Virus record (IMG/VR): IMGVR_UViG_3300042308_000967
Span: 1-64,000 of that record
Source: an uncultured virus (IMG/VR IMGVR_UViG_3300042308_000967)
Lineage: Duplodnaviria; Heunggongvirae; Uroviricota; Caudoviricetes
Length of the DNA stretch: 64,000 nucleotides
Direction: 5' to 3' (one strand)
In this document: piece by piece, positions 55,477-64,000 of the stretch
How positions within the stretch are numbered: position 1 is the stretch's first letter
How the letters are laid out: every line of letters starts with the position of its first letter
The notes under the pieces: model-generated
What the model saw: only the letters and a program-made list of their open reading frames with translations
What the model was told of the DNA's origin: nothing
The model's database searches: none
Program-made: the position numbers and the translations under genes

Positions 55477-57126
55477 ATGGCAAACTTAAGAGCAAACAAT
55501 GTCTGTGGAACTGACGGAAGAAACGCAATCACTGGGTCTGTTGAGTTTGATGGCAATGACTACTTAACAGAAACATCAGGTGCAGGTGGATTTAATGCAT
55601 CGGAAGGAGACTGGACTATAGAAGCATGGATGTATTGCAATGATGCTTCTCAACCAGACATATTAGTTAATGGAACAACTTCATCTAGTGATAGATTTTA
55701 TATTCAGTTTATAGGACAGACAATTTATATTGGAGATAATACTAATAATATTATAGCAATTGGTGGAGTAAAACAAGTAAACAGTTGGTTTCATATTACA
55801 GTAACAAAAAATTCTTCAACATATAGAGCATTTATAAATGGTATTCAAATAGGTTCTTCTACAACTCCTTTAGCAAATTATAATTTAGATTCTTTGACAG
55901 TAGGTTATAGAGGAAGTCAAGGATATTATACAAAAGGTTTTATATCTAACCTTCGTATTATCAAAGGTACTGCACTCTACACACAAAACTTCATACCACC
56001 GACAAGAAAACTCATAAGACTTCCAGGTACTGTTCTCTTATGTTGCCAAGATAATGCTAGTGTTACAACAGAAGCAACAGGAAAGACGATTACTGCAAAT
56101 GGAAATCCAGCAGCAAGAAGATTCGTTCCACAAGTCGGTTCTGATGGTGGTTTAGTTTTTGATGGAACCACAAAGATAAACACACAAAACTACTTCTATC
56201 TTCCAACAGGAACGACAGAGCAACAGTTTCCAAACTTTGCTGGTGTTGATGCTGCAAGTGCTCGTGGAATTTTTGCGGGTGGATTTGCTACACCAGCAAA
56301 TTATAATACTGTTGATTATATAACGATTGAATCTACAGGAAATGCTTTTGACTTTGGAGATTTAACACAAACAAGAGGATATCTTTCTGCTTGTTCGTCG
56401 CCAACTCGTGGTGTTTTAGGTGGTGGTTATGTTGGAGCAACTGTAAACACAATTGATTATGTAACTATTGCGTCAACAGGTGATGCAAAAGATTTTGGAG
56501 ATTTGTTTACGGGAAGATATGGTTCTGGTGCTTGCTCTTCATCAACTCGTGGAATTTTTGGTGCTGGATATTTTACACCATCTATAGTAAACTCAATAAA
56601 TTATATAACGATTGCATCCACAGGAAATGCAAATGACTTTGGAGATTTAACTGAATCTAGAGGATATATTGGATCTTGTTCGTCAAATACTCGTGGATTG
56701 TTTGGTGGAGGCAATCCTATTGTTAATACAATAGACTTTATTACTATATCAACAACTGGAAATGCACAAGACTTTGGAGATCTCACAAATGCAAAATCTG
56801 CACTTTCTGCTTGTTCCTCTTCAACTCGTGGAGTATTTGGTGGAGGTTCTACTCCAACATTTTTAAATACAATTGATTATGTAACAATTGCATCCACAGG
56901 AAATGCACAAGATTTTGGAGATTTAACCACAACAAAATCTTTTAATTCTGCGTGTTCTTCAAATACTCGTGGAGTATTTGGTGGAGGTCAAAACCCATCT
57001 GGATTTACAAATGAAATTGAATATATCACTATATTAACACAAGGAAATGCACAAGATTTTGGTGATTTAACAGTAGTAAGACAAGCAACTGGTGCTTGCT
57101 CCAACGGTCACGGTGGTCTTGGATAA
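55477..57126 (+). CDS. LamG/ConA-like domain plus six-repeat propeller protein 4
   Basis: DWTIEAW..WFHI..FING..GFISNLRI, then six repeats, ends SNGHGGLG. Confidence 0.8.
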   Translation: MANLRANNVCGTDGRNAITGSVEFDGNDYLTETSGAGGFNASEGDWTIEAWMYCNDASQPDILVNGTTSSSDRFYIQFIGQTIYIGDNTNNIIAIGGVKQVNSWFHITVTKNSSTYRAFINGIQIGSSTTPLANYNLDSLTVGYRGSQGYYTKGFISNLRIIKGTALYTQNFIPPTRKLIRLPGTVLLCCQDNASVTTEATGKTITANGNPAARRFVPQVGSDGGLVFDGTTKINTQNYFYLPTGTTEQQFPNFAGVDAASARGIFAGGFATPANYNTVDYITIESTGNAFDFGDLTQTRGYLSACSSPTRGVLGGGYVGATVNTIDYVTIASTGDAKDFGDLFTGRYGSGACSSSTRGIFGAGYFTPSIVNSINYITIASTGNANDFGDLTESRGYIGSCSSNTRGLFGGGNPIVNTIDFITISTTGNAQDFGDLTNAKSALSACSSSTRGVFGGGSTPTFLNTIDYVTIASTGNAQDFGDLTTTKSFNSACSSNTRGVFGGGQNPSGFTNEIEYITILTQGNAQDFGDLTVVRQATGACSNGHGGLG

Positions 57127-57148
57127 ATACTGATAGAGGTATAAGAAT

Positions 57149-58126
57149 ATGTCCGCAATTCCATCAGGTGCAATGAGATTTAACTCCGACTCACAGAAGT
57201 TGGAGTATTGGGATGGTTCGCAGTGGGTTCAGGTCAGCACATTCTCTCCAAACCTGAATGGTGGTGCTCGTGGTGTTTTTGGTGGTGGTTATACACCAAC
57301 ATCTATTAATACCATTGAATACATAACAATCTCATCTACTGGAAACACAACTGATTTTGGAGATTTGCAATCCGCAAAACCATATATGGGTTCTTGTGCT
57401 TCTTCTACTAGAGGAGTGTGGGCAGGAGGTTCTCCTGGAATTAATACTATTGATTACGTAACTATATCATCTACAGGTAATGCGCAAGACTTTGGGGATT
57501 TATTATATACTGCAATATTTGTTGCTGGGTGTTCTAATACAACTCGCGGAATATTTGGAGGTGGAGAACCTGGACCAGGTTCTTCTACCAATACTATCAA
57601 CTATATCACTATCGCATCAACAGGTAATGCAGTTGATTTTGGTGATTTATTAGTTGGTGGAAATAGAACAGCATCTTGTTCATCATCAACTCGTGGTGTC
57701 TTTGCTGGATTTTTTGGAGCACCTTCAGTAAATACAATAAATTTTATAACCATAGCAACTCTTGGAAATGCTTTTGATTTTGGAGATTTAACATCAGCAA
57801 ACAGAGGTAGAGCAGGATGTTCAAATTCTACTCGTGGGTTGTTTGGAGGTGGAGATCCGGCACTTAATAACATAGATTTTATTACTATTGCAACCATTGG
57901 AAACGCACAAGACTTTGGCGATTTACTTCAAGCGAGACAATATCCAGGAGCATGTTCTTCACCAACTCGCGGTGTCTTTGGGGGTGGATACTCCGGTCCA
58001 GGTACAAAAACAAATATTATTGAATATGTGACAATATTAACACAAGGAAATGGAATAGATTTTGGAGACCTATCCTCTACAGCATCTTCTCCTGCAGGTC
58101 TCTCCAACGCTCACGGAGGTCTATAA
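57149..58126 (+). CDS. six-repeat propeller protein 5
   Basis: Starts at GAMRFNSDSQKLEYWDG, six repeats, ends SNAHGGL. Confidence 0.8.
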   Translation: MSAIPSGAMRFNSDSQKLEYWDGSQWVQVSTFSPNLNGGARGVFGGGYTPTSINTIEYITISSTGNTTDFGDLQSAKPYMGSCASSTRGVWAGGSPGINTIDYVTISSTGNAQDFGDLLYTAIFVAGCSNTTRGIFGGGEPGPGSSTNTINYITIASTGNAVDFGDLLVGGNRTASCSSSTRGVFAGFFGAPSVNTINFITIATLGNAFDFGDLTSANRGRAGCSNSTRGLFGGGDPALNNIDFITIATIGNAQDFGDLLQARQYPGACSSPTRGVFGGGYSGPGTKTNIIEYVTILTQGNGIDFGDLSSTASSPAGLSNAHGGL

Positions 58127-59283
58127 TGGGAATATTACGCACTAATACAATCTCTGGAATTGGGTCTACGGATGCGGGAACAGTCTTTCAGGGTGTCACA
58201 AGGTTTGATACACAAGGATACTTTGTTGCACCATCAGGAACGACAGACCAACGCAACGCTGGTATTACAACAACAGACGGAACTATTAGATTCAACACAG
58301 ACTCACAGAAGTTAGAGTTTTATGCTCAAAGTCAGTGGTGGGAGATGGTGATTGATACTCCTGCACTTGGTGTTGCTGCTGATACTGGTGCTGGTGCTCG
58401 TGGTGTTTTTGGTGGTGGATATACAACTACCCCAACATCTGCTAATTTAAATATAATTGATTATATTAATATCTCATCAACAGGTAATGGTCTAGACTTT
58501 GGAGACTTAACACAAATAAGATATGCATTAATATCATGCTCATCTAATACCAGAGGATTATTTGCGGGAGGATTTGTTTCAGCAATTGGTGTTGTCAACA
58601 CAATAGATTATATAACATTCTCATCAACAGGAAATGCTTTAGACTTTGGTGATTTAACAGTAGCAAGAAGGTATGGATCTGCTTGTTCATCGTCTACTCG
58701 TGGAATATGGGGCGGTGGAGGATATGCTCCATCTCCACAATCAAATGTATTAGATTATGTAACGATTGCATCTACAGGAAATGCTGTTACTTTTGGAACT
58801 TTAAGCGCAGCAAAATCTGGAACAGCTGCTTGCTCTTCATCAACTCGGGGAATATGGGCTGGTGGATATACTGGTCCAGCGGCATTAACTAATACTATTG
58901 ATTTTGTAACTATATCAACACTTGGAAATGCTCAAGATTTTGGTGACTTAACACAAATCAGAGATACTGTGAATGCTTGCTCATCTCCATTTAGAGGTGT
59001 ATTTGGTGGTGGTACAACTCCTACATCTGTATCTACAATAGACTCTATCATAATTGCAACACTAGGTAATGCTATTAGATTTGGAGACTTATCTTCATCC
59101 AGATCTCATGCTTCTTCTTGCTCATCATCTACTCGTGGTGTTTTTGGTGGAGGTGGGTCTCCTTACCCAAACATTATTGAATACATTACTTTTACAAATG
59201 CAGGAAACGCGGTTGATTTTGGAGATTTACAATTACCACGTGGATTGGGTGGTGCCTGCTCCAACGCTCACGGAGGTTTATAA
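58126..59283 (+). CDS. six-repeat propeller protein 6
   Basis: PSGTTDQR..GTIRFNTD anchor, six repeats, ends SNAHGGL. Confidence 0.8.
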   Translation: MGILRTNTISGIGSTDAGTVFQGVTRFDTQGYFVAPSGTTDQRNAGITTTDGTIRFNTDSQKLEFYAQSQWWEMVIDTPALGVAADTGAGARGVFGGGYTTTPTSANLNIIDYINISSTGNGLDFGDLTQIRYALISCSSNTRGLFAGGFVSAIGVVNTIDYITFSSTGNALDFGDLTVARRYGSACSSSTRGIWGGGGYAPSPQSNVLDYVTIASTGNAVTFGTLSAAKSGTAACSSSTRGIWAGGYTGPAALTNTIDFVTISTLGNAQDFGDLTQIRDTVNACSSPFRGVFGGGTTPTSVSTIDSIIIATLGNAIRFGDLSSSRSHASSCSSSTRGVFGGGGSPYPNIIEYITFTNAGNAVDFGDLQLPRGLGGACSNAHGGL

Positions 59284-59286
59284 AAA

Positions 59287-60387
59287 ATGACTATTTTACG
59301 CGCAAATACAATCTCTGGACTTGGAACTGATGGTCCAGTATTTGATGGAAGTTTAGAGTTTAATAGTCAGAACTATGTGATTCTACCAAAAGGAACCACA
59401 GGTGATAGAGTTGGTCTTGGTTCAACCGCAGGAGCATTGAGATATAATACTGATAGTAATAAGGTAGAACTTTGGGATGGAAACCAGTGGGTAGAAGTTC
59501 AGTCAAGTCGTCCAGATCTGAATGGTGGTGCTCGTGGTATTTTTGCTGGTGGTTATACACCAACAGTTGTCAATACTATTGATTATATCACTATCTCATC
59601 TACAGGAAATGCAACTGACTTTGGAGATTTATTTCAAGCAAGATTTTTTAATGGTTCTTGTTCTTCAAGCATTCGTGGAATTTTTGCTGGTGGTTCTACT
59701 CCTTCAAATGTTAATACAATAGACTTTATAACAATATCTTCAACGGGTAATGCCGCTGATTTTGGAGATTTAACTGAAATAAAACAGGCATTGAATGCTT
59801 GTTCTTCAAATATTCGTGGTATTTTTGCTGGCGGTTTTGTTACTCCAGTCAATACAAACACAATAGATTATATTACTATTTCATCTATAGGAAATGCAGT
59901 AGACTTTGGAGATTTAACACAAGCAAGAAGATATCCTGCTGCTTGCTCTTCTGCAGTTCGTGGTATTTTTGGAGGAGGTTATACTTCAACACAGATAAAC
60001 ACTATAGACTTTATCACAATATCAACTCTCGGAAATGCACAAGATTTTGGAGATTTAACATTGGCGAGAAGTAGTCTTTCTGCTTGCTCTTCTGCAGTTC
60101 GTGGTGTTTTTGGAGGAGGACTTTCAAATACAAACACGATAGATTATATTACTATATCAACACTAGGAAATGCTGCAGACTTTGGTGACTTAACACAAGT
60201 AAGACATAATCTTGCTGCGTGTTCCTCAAGTATTCGCGGCGTCTTCGGTGGTGGTTATGCTCCAGGAAATACAAACACAATAGATTATATTACAATAGCA
60301 ATACAAGGAAATGCAATTGACTTTGGAGACCTAACTCAAGCAAGAAGAGGTCTTGCAGGTCTCTCCAACGCTCACGGTGGGTTGTAA
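59287..60387 (+). CDS. six-repeat propeller protein 7
   Basis: PKGTTGDR..GALRYNTD anchor, six very regular repeats of about 47 aa, ends SNAHGGL. Confidence 0.8.
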   Translation: MTILRANTISGLGTDGPVFDGSLEFNSQNYVILPKGTTGDRVGLGSTAGALRYNTDSNKVELWDGNQWVEVQSSRPDLNGGARGIFAGGYTPTVVNTIDYITISSTGNATDFGDLFQARFFNGSCSSSIRGIFAGGSTPSNVNTIDFITISSTGNAADFGDLTEIKQALNACSSNIRGIFAGGFVTPVNTNTIDYITISSIGNAVDFGDLTQARRYPAACSSAVRGIFGGGYTSTQINTIDFITISTLGNAQDFGDLTLARSSLSACSSAVRGVFGGGLSNTNTIDYITISTLGNAADFGDLTQVRHNLAACSSSIRGVFGGGYAPGNTNTIDYITIAIQGNAIDFGDLTQARRGLAGLSNAHGGL

Positions 60388-60442
60388 AAACCGACCAAGC
60401 ATCCTATAATAAATAACACAGTTATAATAAAATTGAACTGAT

Positions 60443-61372
60443 ATGACGGAAAAAAGTTCTGCTATTACTTCTGTAGACATTACACCAGGCGCAGAGATTT
60501 CAGTTACAACGCTTAAGAAAGACCTAGCACAACTTGCATCTGGTCCTCTGCCACAAGAATACAAGGGAATGTTGACTCATATTGAAGAGACACTTCCTGC
60601 AACACAAGCAGCGTGTGATAATTTCTATAAGTCACACTCACAGATGATGACTGTGACTTTGGACATCACAGACCTTACACCAATTCGTAGCATCAAGCAT
60701 ACACTTGCAGCGATTGAAAGAACGAAGAGTGCTCTTGCAGAAGCACAAATCAATCGTCGCAAAAACGAAATCAAAATCAAAAAGAAGCAAAGAGAGATTG
60801 ATGCTTGTGAAGATGACCTAGACCGTGAGGAACTAGAGATTGATATGATTGAGTTGATGAACAATAATATGAATATTGAAAACTCAATGAAGGGTGCAAT
60901 TCGTAAGATGTCGTTCCTTATGACTCAATATCGTTCTGTCCTGGACCATATTGGTAAGGACCATATTACTGAAGAAGATTATGAACGTGAAGAGAAACGC
61001 TACCACGTTATGACTGCACTGAAGCAAGCACTGAACTCTGCACGTCCTCGTGGTGGTGTGATTGATGAAGGCAACTCTATCTACCTGTTTGATATTGGGG
61101 TGAATGTTGCACACGCACAAGCAGAAGTCTTCAATTATCTGAAGATTGAAAATGAACTGATTTCACAAGGACAAGCACCATCACACGAAATGACGATGGA
61201 GTGGTTAGAGAAGTGTGCTGATAAGTTCCAAGATTGTGCAGAACGTTTTGCAGAAAGTCGTGGATTTAAGGTTCTGGATGAGAAGTCTCTTGCTTGGCCT
61301 GAAGTTCCACCACTCCTTCCATCCACAGTTGACCAAGAGTTTGCTAAACTGAAAGCATCCGAAGAGGAGTGA
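60443..61372 (+). CDS. hypothetical coiled-coil protein
   Basis: 309 aa helical ORF. TATAAT and ATAAATA upstream. No recognised motif. Confidence 0.75.
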   Translation: MTEKSSAITSVDITPGAEISVTTLKKDLAQLASGPLPQEYKGMLTHIEETLPATQAACDNFYKSHSQMMTVTLDITDLTPIRSIKHTLAAIERTKSALAEAQINRRKNEIKIKKKQREIDACEDDLDREELEIDMIELMNNNMNIENSMKGAIRKMSFLMTQYRSVLDHIGKDHITEEDYEREEKRYHVMTALKQALNSARPRGGVIDEGNSIYLFDIGVNVAHAQAEVFNYLKIENELISQGQAPSHEMTMEWLEKCADKFQDCAERFAESRGFKVLDEKSLAWPEVPPLLPSTVDQEFAKLKASEEE

Positions 61373-61376
61373 TTTT

Positions 61377-62096
61377 ATGCATTTGGTAATTGGAACTCCG
61401 ATGTACGGAGGAATGTGTACAAGTGAATATACGCAATCAATGATTCACTTGTCTGAAGCAGCAAATAAGTCTAATGTAAAATTTACCACTATCTTTCTTG
61501 GTAATGAGTCTCTAATTCAAAGAGGTCGCAATACGATTGCTCATCACTTTATGAGTATTCCTGATGCAACTCATTTGCTCTTTATTGATGCAGACCTAAA
61601 GTTCCGCGTGGAAGATGTGGTGAAGATGATTAAAGCAGATAAAGGTTTAATCATTGGTCCTGTTCCTCTGAAAGGTTATAACTGGGAAGAGATTCGTAAC
61701 AGAGCACTTGCAGGAGAACCAGAGATTCATAGAACTGGTGGTGTATTCAATATCAATCATCTTCCTGGCATTGTTATGGAAGATGAAGAAACACCATTTG
61801 AGATTGAGCACGGTGGAAATGCAATGATGATGATTCGTCGTGATGTTTTTGAGGAACTTGCACCTCATACTGATTATTATACGAATGGTGGTGCATCACT
61901 ACCGGATGGTGTAGAAATTAAAGATTACTTCCGTGTTGAAGTAGACCCAGAGAAGAAGCATCTTCTTTCAGAGGATTATTTCTTCTGCCACTCATATCGT
62001 AAGATTGGTGGTAAGGTCTGGTGTGCTCCATTCGTTCAAGTTGGCCACTTCGGATCCCATCTGTTCAATGGTCATTATGCTCGTTCATATAAATAA
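61377..62096 (+). CDS. glycosyltransferase-like protein (GT-A fold)
   Basis: IGTPMYGG, ESLIQRGRN, LFIDAD (DxD), LSEDYFFC, VGHFG. Confidence 0.75.
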   Translation: MHLVIGTPMYGGMCTSEYTQSMIHLSEAANKSNVKFTTIFLGNESLIQRGRNTIAHHFMSIPDATHLLFIDADLKFRVEDVVKMIKADKGLIIGPVPLKGYNWEEIRNRALAGEPEIHRTGGVFNINHLPGIVMEDEETPFEIEHGGNAMMMIRRDVFEELAPHTDYYTNGGASLPDGVEIKDYFRVEVDPEKKHLLSEDYFFCHSYRKIGGKVWCAPFVQVGHFGSHLFNGHYARSYK

Positions 62097-62114
62097 CTAA
62101 AAAACTAGAGGATA

Positions 62115-62678
62115 ATGGCAGCACAACATCCAATTATTAAATATCGTTTAACCAGAGAAGGAAGAATTCCAGAGTATCTTTGCACTGATCCAAGAGCATT
62201 TGCTGGAATGTATGGTGTAGACACTAATACTCCTGGATTTATTCCTCGCTGGTTGTCACCACAAGAAACTCAATATCTTGGAATGGGTTGTGGTGAAATT
62301 GATCCAGAACAAGGTGCTCCTTCTGGTGTATCAGTAGTTGAAACCAAAGCAGAACTACAAACTTATATCACTGGAATCAGTACTGCTTGGACTGTAGATA
62401 CTCAAGTTCTTGTTGGTATTAAAACTGAAACCATTACTTCTTCTGGCATTACTACCTCACCAGAAGTTACTTTTGATCCAGGTCCAGGTGTAGTTGTTGG
62501 TGTTAATACTTCATATACTGATAGTGTAGAGAAGATTGATATTGATGGTAATGTTGCAATTACCACTCATAGAACTTGGAGAACAACTGATACACTGCAA
62601 AATCCATTTGATCCTGTTGCAGCGACTAATGAACTCTGGGGTATTTACGAAGTAGTAAACGGAATTACAACTGGTTGA
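62115..62678 (+). CDS. hypothetical protein
   Basis: GAGG RBS, ATAAATA upstream, IKYRLTREGRIPEYL. Confidence 0.7.
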   Translation: MAAQHPIIKYRLTREGRIPEYLCTDPRAFAGMYGVDTNTPGFIPRWLSPQETQYLGMGCGEIDPEQGAPSGVSVVETKAELQTYITGISTAWTVDTQVLVGIKTETITSSGITTSPEVTFDPGPGVVVGVNTSYTDSVEKIDIDGNVAITTHRTWRTTDTLQNPFDPVAATNELWGIYEVVNGITTG

Positions 62679-62687
62679 TAAAACTTT

Positions 62688-63482
62688 ATGAAAACTTATT
62701 ATTTTGATTGTGGGCTTCCACGTTCGGGGTCCACACTTTTGACGGCTTTGCTAAATCAAAATCCTCAAATACACGCAGGCACATTGTCTCCTGTATTTGA
62801 GGTTATGTATTATACGAACGACAGACTACAAGGAGAGCAAGCACAAGCATTTCCAAAACCACAAATCTTTAAGAAGATGGTTGGAGATGTCATTGATACT
62901 TATTATTCTGATGTAGAAGAACCTGTGGTCATTGATAAGTGTCGTGCTTGGCCTGCTCATATTGACTTAATCAAACAATACATCACACCAGAACCAAAGA
63001 TTCTCTGCACAGTCAGACATCCACTGGAGATACTTGCATCATTTATTGAACTGATTAACAACAGTCGTTCAGTATCTTTTATTGATAAAGCACTGTTACA
63101 ACAAGGAATGTTTATTACGGACGATACAAGATGTGAGTTTATGATGAATCCTGGTGGTATTGTATGGGAGTCAATGAATGCACTTGCGACTGCATTTAGA
63201 AACAATCAGACGCAACACATTCACTTTATTCAGTATGATGACTTGGTGAGTGACCCCAAGAGAGTAATGCAAGGTATTCATTCGTTCTTAAGAATGAAAC
63301 CTTATGAGTATGACTTTGAGAACGTAGAGAATAAGTATAGAGAGAAAGATAGTGAAGTTTATGGACTTCCTACGATGCACGAAGTTCGCCATAAAGTAGA
63401 GAAGAAGTCAAGACACTATTCAGAAGTATTAAGTGAGGAAGTGATAAATAAGTATAAGGATTTAGATTTTTGGAACAGATAA
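62688..63482 (+). CDS. sulfotransferase family protein
   Basis: GLPRSGSTLL (5'-PSB loop), IDKCRAW, VRHP..ILAS (3'-PB), YDDLVSDP. Confidence 0.85.
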   Translation: MKTYYFDCGLPRSGSTLLTALLNQNPQIHAGTLSPVFEVMYYTNDRLQGEQAQAFPKPQIFKKMVGDVIDTYYSDVEEPVVIDKCRAWPAHIDLIKQYITPEPKILCTVRHPLEILASFIELINNSRSVSFIDKALLQQGMFITDDTRCEFMMNPGGIVWESMNALATAFRNNQTQHIHFIQYDDLVSDPKRVMQGIHSFLRMKPYEYDFENVENKYREKDSEVYGLPTMHEVRHKVEKKSRHYSEVLSEEVINKYKDLDFWNR

Positions 63483-63485
63483 TAA

Positions 63486-64000
63486 ATGTCTGAAGCAAGG
63501 ATTAACCGAATATCTAATGAAAAGGGAGATGGTGGTCCTTCTATATCAGGAATCACAACTTTTTCTGGTTTAAACTATTTCGTACCACCAAAAGGAACCA
63601 CGGCAGAGAGACCTTCAGATTGTCCGCCTGGTTCCATTCGTTTTAATACTGATAGTGCTCATTTAGAATACTTTGATGGACTGCAGTGGTTAGAGTTTGA
63701 AGCATTCAATAATGAGTTAGGTGTGAATGGTGCTTTAGGAACTCGTGGCGTTTTTGCAGGAGGATATGGATTTACACCAACTCCTGCTATTGTAACCGGA
63801 ATAGAATATATAACACTTTCTACATTGGGGGATGGTATAACATTTGGAGAATTAACTGTAGGAACTTTTTTTGCGGGTGCAGGAGCATCATCAACTCGCG
63901 GAATATTTGGAGGTGGACGTGCAGCAGGACTGGGACAAAATGTAATCAATTACATAACATTTTCTTCAACTGCAAATGCATTAGATTTTGGGGATCTTAC
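63486..64000 (+). CDS. propeller-repeat protein 8 (runs off the window)
   Basis: Read manually: MSEARINRI..PKGTTAERP..GSIRFNTD..LEYFDG..TRGVFAGG..SSTRGIFGGG..NALDFGDL. Confidence 0.8.
   Translation, partial: MSEARINRISNEKGDGGPSISGITTFSGLNYFVPPKGTTAERPSDCPPGSIRFNTDSAHLEYFDGLQWLEFEAFNNELGVNGALGTRGVFAGGYGFTPTPAIVTGIEYITLSTLGDGITFGELTVGTFFAGAGASSTRGIFGGGRAAGLGQNVINYITFSSTANALDFGDL

Noticed and set aside
51780..60387. CRISPR-like array from recurring TTTGGAGATTTAAC / ACTCGTGG motifs
   Set aside because: The repeats are degenerate at third codon positions and lie in frame within long ORFs, so they are protein repeats.
8685..63949. Many antisense and alternate-frame ORFs in the track (e.g. 8685..9152, 22915..23511, 48505..48885, 63659..63949)
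   Set aside because: They are shadows of well-supported genes, with no RBS or recognisable motifs.
51260..64000. Diversity-generating retroelement acting on the tropism-like proteins
   Set aside because: No reverse transcriptase in the window and no repeat pair with adenine-only mismatches was seen. The 45691/46042 repeat differs at mixed bases. An RT outside the window cannot be excluded.

Overview
Part of the genome of a lytic T4-like cyanophage (cyanomyovirus), AT-rich and mostly + strand. 1-9.6 kb holds auxiliary metabolic and replication genes (gnd, glutaredoxin, speD, thyX, phoH, exonuclease, gp33, gp59, gp32) and a tandem glutamine-II (Downstream-peptide)-like riboswitch upstream of a DUF4278-like peptide. 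9.6-27.6 kb holds baseplate and tail genes (gp53, gp48, gp2, gp4, gp54-like, gp26, gp51, two tape-measure-like proteins, hub, gp5-like) with cp12. 27.6-29.8 kb holds small early genes, tRNA-Leu(UAA) with a group I intron, tRNA-Thr(UGU) and a Mom-like gene. 29.9-64 kb is a tail-fibre/receptor-binding island with GC-rich foreign patches, a tyrosine recombinase, at least 8 paralogous six-repeat propeller proteins, a glycosyltransferase and a sulfotransferase. There are three free-standing homing endonucleases. Main candidates for novelty: (1) the same promoter / antisense stem-loop / terminator / promoter / target module upstream of two unrelated homing endonucleases; (2) an SD-stimulated -1 frameshift joining gp26 to gp51; (3) a recombinase beside mosaic tail fibres and a cassette-like propeller array. 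All calls come from reading motifs by eye. No database searches or folding programs were run.
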